Shown here: positions 27,161 through 38,364 of the stretch, one piece after another
Numbering within the stretch: the stretch's first letter is position 1
How the letters are laid out: every line of letters begins with the position of its first letter
DNA from: Octopus sinensis
Lineage: Eukaryota
Length of the DNA stretch: 64,000 bases
Assembly: GCF_006345805.1 (NCBI RefSeq)
Contig: NC_043001.1
Coordinates: 121,706,001 to 121,770,000 of the forward strand
Direction of reading: 5' to 3'
Translations under genes and position numbers: made by a program
Notes under the pieces: generated by a model
What the model was told of the DNA's origin: nothing
Seen by the model: only the letters and a program-made list of their open reading frames with translations
Database searches by the model: none

Positions 27161-27450
27161 CAGTTCTATATTTAAGAGATGAGGAATTATGTACATTATT
27201 TACATTTGACAGATATGCCCACGGGCATATGGCGTAGTGGTTAAGAGCACGGACTACTAACCCCAAGATTCCAAGTTCGATTCCAAGCAGTGACCTGAAC
27301 AATAACAATAATAATAATAATAACATCGAAAAAAAATACCTTAGGAATGAGAACCCAGATTTGAAATTTCCCCAAGACACCTGATGAAGGCTGGAGAGTA
27401 TATCAGCCGAAACGCTGTGTTAACAACAAACAAGATGAGGACAAATATCC
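27161..27450 (+). mobile_element. tRNA-headed small element carrying a minimal hammerhead motif, with an inverted 5' segment
   Basis: A-box TGGCGTAGTGG (27230-27240), B-box AGTTCGATTCC (27274-27284) and hammerhead at 27376-27421. 27161-27216 is the reverse complement of the repeat at 15522-15568. Confidence 0.7.
27376..27421 (+). ncRNA. Minimal type I hammerhead ribozyme motif (U16.1 changed to C in this copy)
   Basis: GACAC-CUGAUGA-A-GGCUG-gagaguauau-CAGCC-GAAAC-G-C-U-GUGUU: 5-bp stem I and 5-bp stem II. Confidence 0.65.
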
Positions 27451-27471
27451 ATTGAATTAGTACTATTATTA

Positions 27472-27690
27472 CTAAGGTAGTGTGCTTGCAGAATCGTTAG
27501 CATGCTGGACAAATTGCTTAGCGGTATTTTGTCTGCCGCTGCGTTCTGAGTTCAAATTCCGCTGAGGTTGACTTTGCCTTTCATCCTTTCGGGGTCAATA
27601 AAATACGTACGTTATTTATTGGGGTTGATGTAATTGTCTTAGTCTCTTCCCCACCAATTTTAGGCCTTGTGCCAACAGTAGAAAGGATTA
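27472..27690 (+). mobile_element. SINE family C
   Basis: Matches the 3437-3867 copies. Confidence 0.85.
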
Positions 27691-27720
27691 TTAATTCATG
27701 GGAAACATGAATCTGATTTT

Positions 27721-27865
27721 CAGGGCCAGCTCAAGGTACTGGCAACTCAAGCAGTCACACAGAGTGCAATGTGCTTGTGGCTGCCAAGGAGGGTGAGACA
27801 AAAACAAGGAAATTTCCACAACAGTCAGCTTGCCTGGGGCACCAGCAACCCTAGGGCCGGCCCTG
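27721..27865. mobile_element. hAT-superfamily MITE with perfect 8-bp TSD
   Basis: TIRs cagggccagc / gccggccctg (9 of 10); TSD CTGATTTT at 27713-27720 and 27866-27873. Confidence 0.88.
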
Positions 27866-28004
27866 CTGATTTTCATCATTAGCATGCAAAACTACATCAA
27901 AAACTACACTGTTTTGAAAATAATCTGGTGAAAATCAGAGAAAAAAAAAACTTCAAGGGGTTGAAAGGAATTTAATAAGATACAAATTTATAACACCCGC
28001 TTCC

Positions 28005-28846
28005 TTAAAGCTTTCATTACTGTATCTATTTTGAGATGCTCTATGTTTCAGTCAATTAATTTTAAATATAACAAAGAATTTAGTAAAATAACTTAGTTAT
28101 CATTCAGCTAGTGTTAGGAACATAAATTGTGACTAAAGTTTGGTGGAAAATTTTAATTCAGAACTTATGAAAACAAGACATTTGTACTCAGAGCCAGAGC
28201 TGGTTTCAGCTGGGTTGGTAATGAAAAGGTTAAGAATTATTTTTCTATTATATATTTTAACCCTTTTGTGACCATATTTCTGTTGAGATCAGCTAGTGTT
28301 AGGAACATAAATTATGACTAAAGTTTGGTGGAAGATTTTAATTATGAAAACAAGACATTTGTACTCAGAGCCAGAGCTGGTTTCAGCTGGGTTGGTAATG
28401 AAAGGGTTAAGAATTATTTTTCTATTATATATTTTAACCCTTTTGTGACCATATTTCTGTTGAGATCAGCTAGTGTTAGGAACATAAATTATGACTAAAG
28501 TTTGGTGGAAGATTTTAATTCAAAACTTATGAAAACAAGACATTTGTACTCAGAGCCAGAGCTTGTTTCAGCCGGGTTGGTAATGAAAGGGTTAAGAATT
28601 ATTTCTCCATTATATATTTTAACCCTTTTGTGACCATATTTCTGTTGAGATCCTTTGCGCTTCTTTCAATTAATTTTAAATATAACAAAGAATTTAGTAA
28701 AATAACTTAGTCATCATTCAGCTAGTGTTAGGAACATAAATTGTGACTAAAGTTTGGAGGAAGATTTTAATTCAAAACATGTAAACAAGACATTTGTACT
28801 ACAGAGCCAGATGTGGTTTCAGCCAGGTTGGTATCAAAAGGGTTAA
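28005..28846. mobile_element. Four tandem piggyBac-like MITEs (TTAA-CCCTTT...AAAGGG-TTAA)
   Basis: Copies at ~28009-28229, 28261-28406, 28438-28591 and 28623-28842, separated by near-identical ~23-bp spacers. A solo copy lies at 56392-56595. Confidence 0.8.
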
Positions 28847-29269
28847 AATTTGTAAGCAGATTTCTTTTTAAGACCGTAGGATGTGATTCGAGGTTGATTT
28901 GGGTGTTATCTTTAGCAAGGTCTCTTCATTGGTTCATCATTGTTGTTCGGGGTGGGGTGGGGGTGGAGACCATAGTCATAGTAGTCATGATAACAACAGA
29001 ATTCAGAGTTTCCCTTTTGTGTTCCTTTGTGAAATATGATACACAGAGAAGGTTGTTAGGGATGGGATAAAAACTAGAATACATCCCTGAACCAGTTTGG
29101 ATGGTGTATTTAGAAGACAAAAAGAAAACAAAAATCTCAGTGGGGGTGAAGAACTGAGTTGGTGGTAGGGAGAGGGTGATAATGGCGGGTGGGTGGGGGA
29201 TATAACATGTCTTTTGACTGTATGACTAATTCAATACATGTAGGATTTATTTATGCTTGCCTGGTGCTA

Positions 29270-29400
29270 AAGAGTAGTAGTAGTAGCAGTAGTAGTAGTG
29301 ATAGTGTTGGTGTAATAATAGCAGTGGTGGTGGTGGTGGAGGTAAAAGTAGTATTAGTAGTAGTAGGAGTGCTATTGGTGAGAGGTGGTGGCAGCGATGT

Positions 29401-29449
<49 letters not shown>

Positions 29450-29874
29450 GGTGGTAGAGGTGGTGGTGGTAATAATAGGAAGGAGTAGGCTGAAGAAGAG
29501 GGGCAGAAGGAGGAAGAAAGGAGGAGGAGGATGGGAGGAGGAGAGGGGTGAGGGGAAAGTTTCTTGTGTTGCAGGTGAAGACAACAGTGGTGTTGGTGGT
29601 GGTGGTGGTGGCAGTGGAGGTAGGGTAGGAGGATGGCGGTGATGCGGAAGGGTGTGGCCAAGTATGCAAAGTTGTTGAGATAAAAGTGAAATGGGGTGGA
29701 TGGGTGGCGAGGAGGTGGCTACAGGTGCAACTGTATTTGAAAGCTCAGAGAAAGAAAAACACATGCAGAGCTTTAAACAATGATGATACTACCACCACCA
29801 CCATTATCACCACCACTACCACCACCACTACTACTACAACTACTACTACCACCACCACTACTACCACCACCACC

Positions 29875-29924
<50 letters not shown>

Positions 29925-30230
29925 CACCACCACCACTACCACTGCTACTACTATTTCGACTGATAAAGAGGATATCTTCATAGAATGTGGATCGGATTAT
30001 GGTGAGATTGTCAGTGTGATCTTATTAGCCACAAGGGCAACAGAAGAAGAAGAAGATGATGTTGATGATGATGATGACAAGGAAGAAGCAGAAGATGCTG
30101 GTGATGATAATGATGCAGAAAAAGTGAAGATGAGTGCAAGAATAAGAAACAGAAGAAGAGTGCAAGAATTAATACTGTTCTTAAGTCTAACAACAACAGC
30201 TAAAAAAACAAAAAAAAATGGTTACTAGCT
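29270..30230. repeat. (GTA/GGT)n and (ACC/ACT)n low-complexity region
   Basis: Trinucleotide arrays. Confidence 0.85.
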
Positions 30231-30540
30231 GTGGGTGAAGCACCAGAGTTTAGAAAACTGAATCCAAAGTAATGAATTTGAATTGACAACGGAAAAAGAA
30301 AAAAGAAGCCGAAGAGGGAGAAAGAAGAAGAAGAAGAAATGATAAGCAGAAAGAAGTAAAAAAAAAAATACAATACAAAAATAAAGGGAATGGACGAGGG
30401 GGGGAGGGGGGAGAGGAGGGAAAGAAACTGGGAGACAAAGACAGAGGGAGGGGGAGGGCAGGAGATAGGAAGAGATAAAGTAAACAGAAGTTACATTCCT
30501 TAAGGTGGGAGGGGCGGGGTGCATGCGTTCATGTGTACAT

Positions 30541-30589
<49 letters not shown>

Positions 30590-30605
30590 TACATGTGTGT
30601 GTGTG

Positions 30606-30650
<45 letters not shown>

Positions 30651-30999
30651 GAATATATGTATGCATCTATGTATGGTATGTATATATATATATATATATA
30701 CATATCCACATAATATGTATGTGTATGTGTATATATATACACACACATACATGAATTTATATATGCATATATGAATGTATATATGTATGTATGAATTTAT
30801 AATGCATATATATATATATATACACATATGAATGTGTGTGTGTGTGTGTGTATGTACATGCATACGCTTATGTACAAACACTTGTAAGCACATACATACA
30901 TACACACACATATAGAGCTTACCCTCACCACCTTACAGAATGAAGGTATGCACAGACACATGCATACACACATATCTATATATAGAGAGGGATATAATA

Positions 31000-31053
<54 letters not shown>

Positions 31054-31318
31054 GTAATAATAATAATAATACACTGACGAAAATATTAATAGAACGTGAA
31101 GAGAGGTGGGCGAGGAAAGACTGGTGGGATATATATATATATATATATATAAGCAGAAGAGAGGAAGAAGAAAAATGTGAGAGAAGATATTTGAGAAGCC
31201 TAAGCAATCATTTGAGAGATAAAAAAAAAGAGAAACTAGGTCAAAAACTAGGTCAAATACAGAAAGTGGCACCAACTGCCAAGATCAAGCCCATAGCCAG
31301 TAAATTATATCGTTTACT

Positions 31319-31366
<48 letters not shown>

Positions 31367-31391
31367 TTATGTATGTATGTATATATGTATG

Positions 31392-31684
31392 TATAAATAT
31401 TTTAATAATTATATACATAATTATAACACGGGTTTGGCTATAAGCCTCCCCATGCACTGGGAAAATAGACCCCAAAAGACACTGTTACCACCTTAAAAAC
31501 CCTGAGAATAAAACACTGGGTTATTCTTGGCATTTTTAAGGTGGTAATAGTGTCTTTTGGGGTCTATTTTCCTATTGCGCGGGGAGGCTTATAGCCAATC
31601 CCTTGTTATAATTATATATACAATTATTAAAATATTTGTAAAATTTACCTATAAGGTTTTTATTTCCACGCTGACCCCCTCGTA
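31392..31684. mobile_element. Fold-back MITE, probably Tc1/mariner-derived, with truncated left end
   Basis: 108-bp inverted arms at 31392-31499 and 31533-31640 (~90% identical). The right end continues to ...gaccccctcg|TA (31682/31683), i.e. a TA-CGAGGGGG mariner-like terminus. Confidence 0.7.
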
Positions 31685-31704
31685 AAATCGTTAATGATTT
31701 ATTA

Positions 31705-31761
31705 CACATGATGATGGTGGTGGTGGTGGTGGTAGTGGTGGTGATGATGATATTGAAGGTC

Positions 31762-31792
<31 letters not shown>

Positions 31793-32097
31793 CGGTGATG
31801 GTGGTGGTTTTGATGATATTGGGGTCATGATGATGATGATAATGATGATGATGATAATGATGATGATGACAATGGTGGTAGTGGTGGTGATAATATTGGG
31901 GGCCATGACGATGATGATGATAATGATGATGATGATGATGATGATGGTGATGATATTGGGGGTCATGATGACGATGTTGATGATGGTAATGTCGATGACA
32001 ATGGCAGTGGTAGTGGTGGTGATTATATTGGGAGTCATGATGGTGACGATAGTGATGATGATGATGATGATGATGATGCTGATGATGATGATGATAC
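31705..32097 (+). repeat. Compound (GAT)n minisatellite with 60-77-bp period
   Basis: Anchor atattg(gggg)tcatga at 31750, 31816, 31893, 31953 and 32025. Confidence 0.8.
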
Positions 32098-32654
32098 ACA
32101 CATAAACATTTACTCCCACATATACACATAGTCGTCTCTCACTTCCAAACCTAATTTTCAAGTCAGTAAACAAAGTGCTTAAACACTTTGAATATATAAA
32201 TAACTGCCTACATCTGCAAACGAATGTAATTACAAATGTTCAAATTAAACAGAGGCACAGATCAAGGATCGCAACATCAACACGATGTAAACAATTAATT
32301 GAAAGGTTAATGGCTTTGTTGCTAATTACATGAAGTGTCCATGCCACTGACAGGATGGTTAGTTAGCCCTTAATGGCTCAGTCTGCTTAGTTGTAAAGAA
32401 ATACCACAGGCTGGTGTAATCACCTCATGTAAGTAACAATAATGCTGTTAAACTGTAGAATGATTTGTGTGAGTGTGCACATATTTATGTGTGTGTGTGT
32501 GTACATACATATATTTGAATATACAGGTGTGCGTGTACGTGTGTATTCTTTTATCCTTTTATTTGTGTCAGCCATTTGATTGTGGCCATGCTGAAGCACC
32601 ATCTTTAATCAACCGAGTCAACCCCAGCACTTATTCTTTGTAAGTTTAGTACAC

Positions 32655-32860
32655 CTGACTGGCGTCCTGTGCTGATGGCACATAAAAAGCACCCACTACA
32701 CTCTTGGAGTAGTTGGCATGAGGAAGGGCATCCAGCTGTAGAAAACCTGCCAAATCAGATTGGAGCCTGGCACAGCCTACTGGCTTGCAAGTCCCTATCA
32801 AACTGTCCAACCCATGCTAGCATGGAAAGCAGACATTAAACGTTGATGATGATGATGATA
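32655..32860 (+). mobile_element. RTE LINE 3' UTR copy
   Basis: Same 3' UTR motifs and (gat)n tail. Confidence 0.85.
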
Positions 32861-33099
32861 TATATAAAACCCTTGATTCAATAACACTGTATAAACTCTA
32901 TACTTGGAATGACCAATTTTAAACACTGTTGGATTTTACTCATAAGGTATTGGAATCTTATATGTATACCTTTCTGCCTAAATAATGGATCTACATATAA
33001 AATATCCCTGCATATCTCACATCTATTTTCATTCCTCCACCTCATTCTCTATTTCATATCTTATATAAATCAACTATTGCTAAACCATCTTCTCACGCC

Positions 33100-33147
33100 G
33101 TCTCCGATGAAGGGATATAATAAATATCCTAGAAACAACTGTAAAAC
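33100..33147 (+). ncRNA. Minimal type I hammerhead-like motif in a Penelope-pLTR-like repeat
   Basis: GUCU-CCGAUGA-A-GGGAUA-uaauaaa-UAUCCU-A-GAAAC-AACU-GU-A-AAAC. The related copy at 21203-21227 has palindromic AGCU and AGAC, which would complete stem I. Confidence 0.55.
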
Positions 33148-33679
33148 CACCCATTTATAAATGTTCTAAAATGTACGCAGCCTTGGTTTTTTTATCTCAT
33201 TACGAAAAAATTTTTATATATATATATATTAGCAAACTGCAGTTTTTTCTGCGGTACTATCTTGTGATGCACATGGTAAATCTGAATGGAGGGATGCGAA
33301 ATTACTCGTCTATATAAATTCGGAAGTGCTGGTTATCTTGTGTTATGTTTCGATGCTGCTTGGTCGAAGATGCAAAGGGTAGGTTTAACATTTTCAAGTT
33401 TATAATATTGAAATATCATGCTGATGAGTGGAAGTGAATTTTACAATTCTAATCCCAAAACGCATACATGATAATAATAATAATAATAATAATAAAACAT
33501 TGTGTACAGTGCTCCAAATGACTGGTTATTTACGTTATTTTGTCTTCTTGTTTGCCTCTGTGAGTAACAAGCATTGCTGTCTGTGGAGTTATATTTGTAG
33601 TTAAAGGAATTAGTCAGTCTTGACTGCTATTTCTAAATTTTCGGTAGGTGGTGAAGCAACTTTTTGCTAAACCCTTAAT

Positions 33680-33687
<8 letters not shown>

Positions 33688-33710
<23 letters not shown>

Positions 33711-33840
33711 GTATGTATAATGTATATACATATACATATATGTATGTATAATGTATATACATATACATATATGTATGTATAATGTATATACATATACATA
33801 TATGTATGTATAATGTATATACATATATATGTATAATGTG
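33688..33840 (+). repeat. 31-bp minisatellite (~4.5 units)
   Basis: Unit tatatacatatacatatatgtatgtataatg; taatg at 33718, 33749, 33780 and 33811. Confidence 0.9.
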
Positions 33841-34257
33841 CATGTGTATAAGTATGTATATGCATATATTAAATATATTCAATTGTGTACTTTTGCAGTA
33901 TTTCTTCTAATTTCTCATTTTATTTCATTACAGACAAACTTTTAAACAGATGGTATTTATTTTAAAGAGCAACAATTCAGCTTAGTCTAATTGCAATGTT
34001 CAGTAGCCCCAGTTATCAGCACGTATAACACAACTTGGATGATTGCATCTACAAAGTTGAAATACTTATAAGGATATTAGTTCTCGTCTTTCACGTAGCA
34101 GACATTTTCATCACATAATATGTGCATGTGTATATATTTAGCTGTATAAATGTATGTATGTATACTTGCATATTAAATATCTCAACATCATCATCAGTCT
34201 TCATCGTTATCATCATTTCATGCCTGCTTTCCATGCAAGCATGGTTGTGTGTGTGCA

Positions 34258-34289
<32 letters not shown>

Positions 34290-34292
<3 letters not shown>

Positions 34293-34445
34293 CAGGCTTC
34301 TTTCAGTTTCCATCAATCAAATCCACTCATAAAGCTTTTGTTGGCCCAACGCTATAGTAGAAGACACTTGCCCAAGGTGCCATGCAGTGGGACTGAACCT
34401 AGAACTGTGTGGTTGTGAAGCAAGCTTCTTACTGCATAGCCACGC
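34290..34445 (-). mobile_element. SINE family A, 5' half
   Basis: Reverse complement of the head and CORE-like segment. Confidence 0.8.
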
Positions 34446-34468
34446 CACACACACACATATATATATAT

Positions 34469-34500
<32 letters not shown>

Positions 34501-34504
34501 CATG

Positions 34505-34572
<68 letters not shown>

Positions 34573-35511
34573 AAGACATTGCAGAGTGGTCTGATGGATA
34601 GATGTATGCAAGTGATAATGAATGAGGGGAGAGGGAAGAGGAAAAGAAACAGGGCAAGAGAATCAAGCAGAAAGTAGAGTGAAAAGAAAAGGAAGGAGAC
34701 AAGCATAGAATGAAGGGGTGGCGGGTGAGTGGGGGATGAGGGACAGAAGAACAACAATAACAATAACTGCAGCCTAAGAAAGGGAAGTGGGTGGAGAATT
34801 ATATGAAGGAAAAGATGAGAGAGAGAGAATGGGGGAGAGATAGACAAACAGAGCAAGGGAGGGATGTAGAAACGAGAAAGGGGTTAGCAATATGAATAGA
34901 TGCAGAGGAAAAGAGAAGAAGAGGCTTGGTGTTGAAAGAGGGAAGACCAGAAAGATGTTATTGAATCTTGTAGACAAAAGAAATGGTGGAATCCTAGATT
35001 CTAATGAACCGGTGGATTCATAAATAAAAGTCAATTGTGTTTATTTGAGTATGAAGAATTTTATGGCCGGGTTTTCTATAAAACCTGGAGAAGAGCATAT
35101 GTTCTGTGTTCTAATTAATTTGTTATTGATGTGGAGTGAAGGGTGATGGATGGCTTGTTGCTTATCAGCTTAGAAATGGTGTTTGGAAGCTCAACACAGA
35201 TATCAGCATCAACCTCCATCTTGGAAAAACATAAAAAAAAAAAACAGAAACAAAAAACAAACGCACACACTTGTACATACACACACACACATAGGTATGT
35301 GTTAATCTATTTACAATGCATATATAAATACAAACATTGCATACATATACAGGCACATGCAATATACATACAATATACATACATACACACATATATTGGT
35401 ATACATGTATATACACACACATACATACACATATAAATACATCTACATAAACATACACACACAAATATGTATATATATATTTTATATATATATATATTAT
35501 ATATATATATA

Positions 35512-35770
35512 TCATCATCGTTTAATGTCCACTTTCCAAGCTGTCATGGGTTGGACAGTTTGACTGAGAATTGGCAAGCTGGGAGGCTGAACCAGGTTCC
35601 AACCACTCTGAGTGTGTAGTGGATGTTTTTATGTGCCACTGGCAAAGGAGCCAGTCAGGTGGCCCTGGCATTGATCACATTTGGATAGTACTTTTTATGT
35701 GCCACAGGCTCAGGAGCCAGTCAGATGCTCCTGGCATTGACCACATTTGGATGGTGCATTTTATGTGCAG
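35512..35770 (-). mobile_element. RTE LINE 3' UTR copy
   Basis: catcatcgtttaatgtccactttcc... plus subrepeats. Confidence 0.75.
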
Positions 35771-36789
35771 AGAGATAGATTGAGATAGAGAGACAGATAG
35801 ACAGAGAAATAGATAGATATACAGACAGGCAGAGAGATAGACTGTGACACAGAGATGTAAGCAAAGATAGATACACGAATATAAACATTTATTGTTGTTA
35901 TGAGAAAGTTTTAGTTGTCTGTTGTTTACTCCCACTCCAAAATGTCAACATTAATTCACGTTGACATATTGACATTTATGACATGTCTCCCCGCCCTCAC
36001 CTACAAAAGAACAAACTAGCAATCAAGAAATGGAATGAAGCTGTGATTAGTTTGTTAGAACCCCCCCACTCCCCTGGTGCTAAACAACAACAACAATTAC
36101 AAATATGTGTGTGTATATAATAATAATATACATATAGACAATGTAACCTTACTAATAATGGTAATAAAAAATGTGTGTGTTAGTGTATATATATGTATGT
36201 ATATGTATGTATATATATATATGTGTCTATATATATATATATATATATTTATATATTTGTATACAATGTATGTATACGTATGTACATATATATATTGTAT
36301 ATATATATATGTGTATACTTATTGAGGGTTTTTTTATTACTGATATTAGTATGGTTACATTGTTGTTTACCAAAATTACGCAATTTCAAAATAATTTGTA
36401 TGTGTGTAAAGCCAATTGGTTAAAAGTGAAACAACTACAGAGTGTAGATCCATTTACCATGACAAGCTGATATATATATGTACTTGCAAGACCTGGTTAT
36501 AGACTGAATATAGCATGTATTTCCATAATAGTAATATTATACATGAATGGACATATCAGGCTATATTGAAATATGTAGGTCGGGACATAGAAACCTAATA
36601 AGGTTACCCCATAGCATGATATCTCTTTTTTTTTTAGTATAAACTCAAAATTCTAAATGAATGGATATAAATATGGAAAATAGAATCTATATATGAATGT
36701 ACTCTGAGGTTTATAAGTTGGAGAGTATGAAAAGCTATACATTCATGAGACAGCAAAATGTGAGCTTGTTTAGATAAATATATGCGTGT

Positions 36790-36923
36790 ATAGGCACAGA
36801 AGTGGCTGTGTGGTAAGTAGCTTGCTTACCAACCACATGGTTCCGGGTTCAATCCCACTGAACCTGGAACCGACCAAAGCCTTGTGAGTGGATTTGGTAG
36901 ATGGAAACTGAAAGAAGCCCGTC

Positions 36924-36996
<73 letters not shown>

Positions 36997-37001
36997 TATA
37001 C

Positions 37002-37043
<42 letters not shown>

Positions 37044-37089
37044 ATATATATATATGTGTGTGTGTGGTGTGTGTGTGTGTGTGTGTGTG

Positions 37090-37136
<47 letters not shown>

Positions 37137-37353
37137 ATATGTTTGTGTGTCTGTGTTTGTCTCCCCAACATCACTTGACAACCGATAGTGGTGTGTTTAT
37201 GTCCCCGAAACTTAGCGGTTCGGCAAAAAGAAACCGATAGAATAAGTACTAGGCTTCCAAAGAATAAGTCCTGGGGTCGATTTGCTCGACTAAAAGCTGT
37301 GCTCCAGCATGGCCACAGCCAAATGATTGAAACAAGTAAAAGTGTAAAAGAGT
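36790..37353 (+). mobile_element. SINE family A with CORE replaced by a short inversion and an expanded internal microsatellite
   Basis: ttccgggttca-atcccac-tgaacctggaa (36841-36869); (AT)/(GT) tract at ~36925-37140. Confidence 0.88.
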
Positions 37354-37799
37354 ATATGTAGGTACATTAGTGCTAAATGAATGTGTGTGTATGTGTGTAT
37401 GCCTGTATGTATGTCTCTTCTATTTTTTTTAAACTATTATAAATCTTCCACTGAGGAAGGAGTTGGTTTCCAACATGTATTCCTGTATGTATGTACATAT
37501 GCAAGTAAATTTTGATTTAATAACCTCTCATATTGACTTGTAATGGAACTGAGATAAAGCCCAGCAACAGTAATGCTATACAGCTTTGGTTCCCTGCTGT
37601 GCAAAGGAAGTGACCACACATCACTGATTCCCTTTGAAGTGGAATAGTAACAGACTCAAATACAAGTAGCTATGAAGTTTTATCATTTTATGATGTTATT
37701 ATCTTACAAGGTTCATTTATTTTCCTAAAACCCAGACAGGTTTGTGGTTAAGGAAAGAGTGAATAAGGGGTTTCTTTATTTTATCTTTTATTTCCATTG

Positions 37800-37909
37800 A
37801 CATGGCACCTTGGCCAAGTGTCTTCTACTATAGCCTTGGGCCGATCAAAGCCTTGTTGAGTGGATTTGGTAGACGGAAACTGAAAGAAGCCTGTCGTATA
37901 TATGTATAT

Positions 37910-37962
<53 letters not shown>

Positions 37963-38185
37963 GTGTGTTTGTGTGTCTGTGTTTGTCCCCCTAGCATTGC
38001 TTGACAACCGATGCTGGTGTGTTTACGTCCCCGTCACTTAGCAGTTCGGCAAAAGAGACCGATAGAATAAGTACTGGGCTTACAAAGAATAAGTCCTGGG
38101 ATCAATTGCTCAACTAAAGGCGGTGCTCCAGCATGGCCGCAGTCAAATGACTGAAACAAGTAAAAGAGTAAAAGAGTAAAGAGTA
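37800..38185 (+). mobile_element. SINE family A, 5'-truncated
   Basis: Begins at the CORE-like catggcaccttggccaagtgtcttc and has a full 3' module. Confidence 0.88.
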
Positions 38186-38364
38186 TATGATTTTGGTATT
38201 TTTTCTTATTTGTATCTCTTTGTATTTCAGTGTTGCTCTTTGTCAATGGAATGCTAAGTATAATGGTGTGGGTATAAATAAAAAGCAACTGAAGATGTTC
38301 TAGCAGTGCTTTGGACCCTACTTACTGGAAGACGTGCATGTATACAGCTATTGTTTGACTCATA

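Noticed and set aside
28005-28846. CRISPR-like repeat-spacer appearance
   Set aside because: Spacers are near-identical, units are 150-220 bp with TTAA/TIR ends, and the DNA is eukaryotic with no cas genes.
29686-30228. 180-aa Thr-rich/acidic ORF
   Set aside because: Built on (ACC/ACT)n and (GAT/GAA)n arrays; no recognisable domain.
31572-32129. His-rich ORF with HHDPQYHHH repeats, resembling a structural or metal-binding protein
   Set aside because: It is the reverse strand of a compound (GAT)n minisatellite whose unit spacings are not all multiples of three, and there is no signal peptide or splice evidence.
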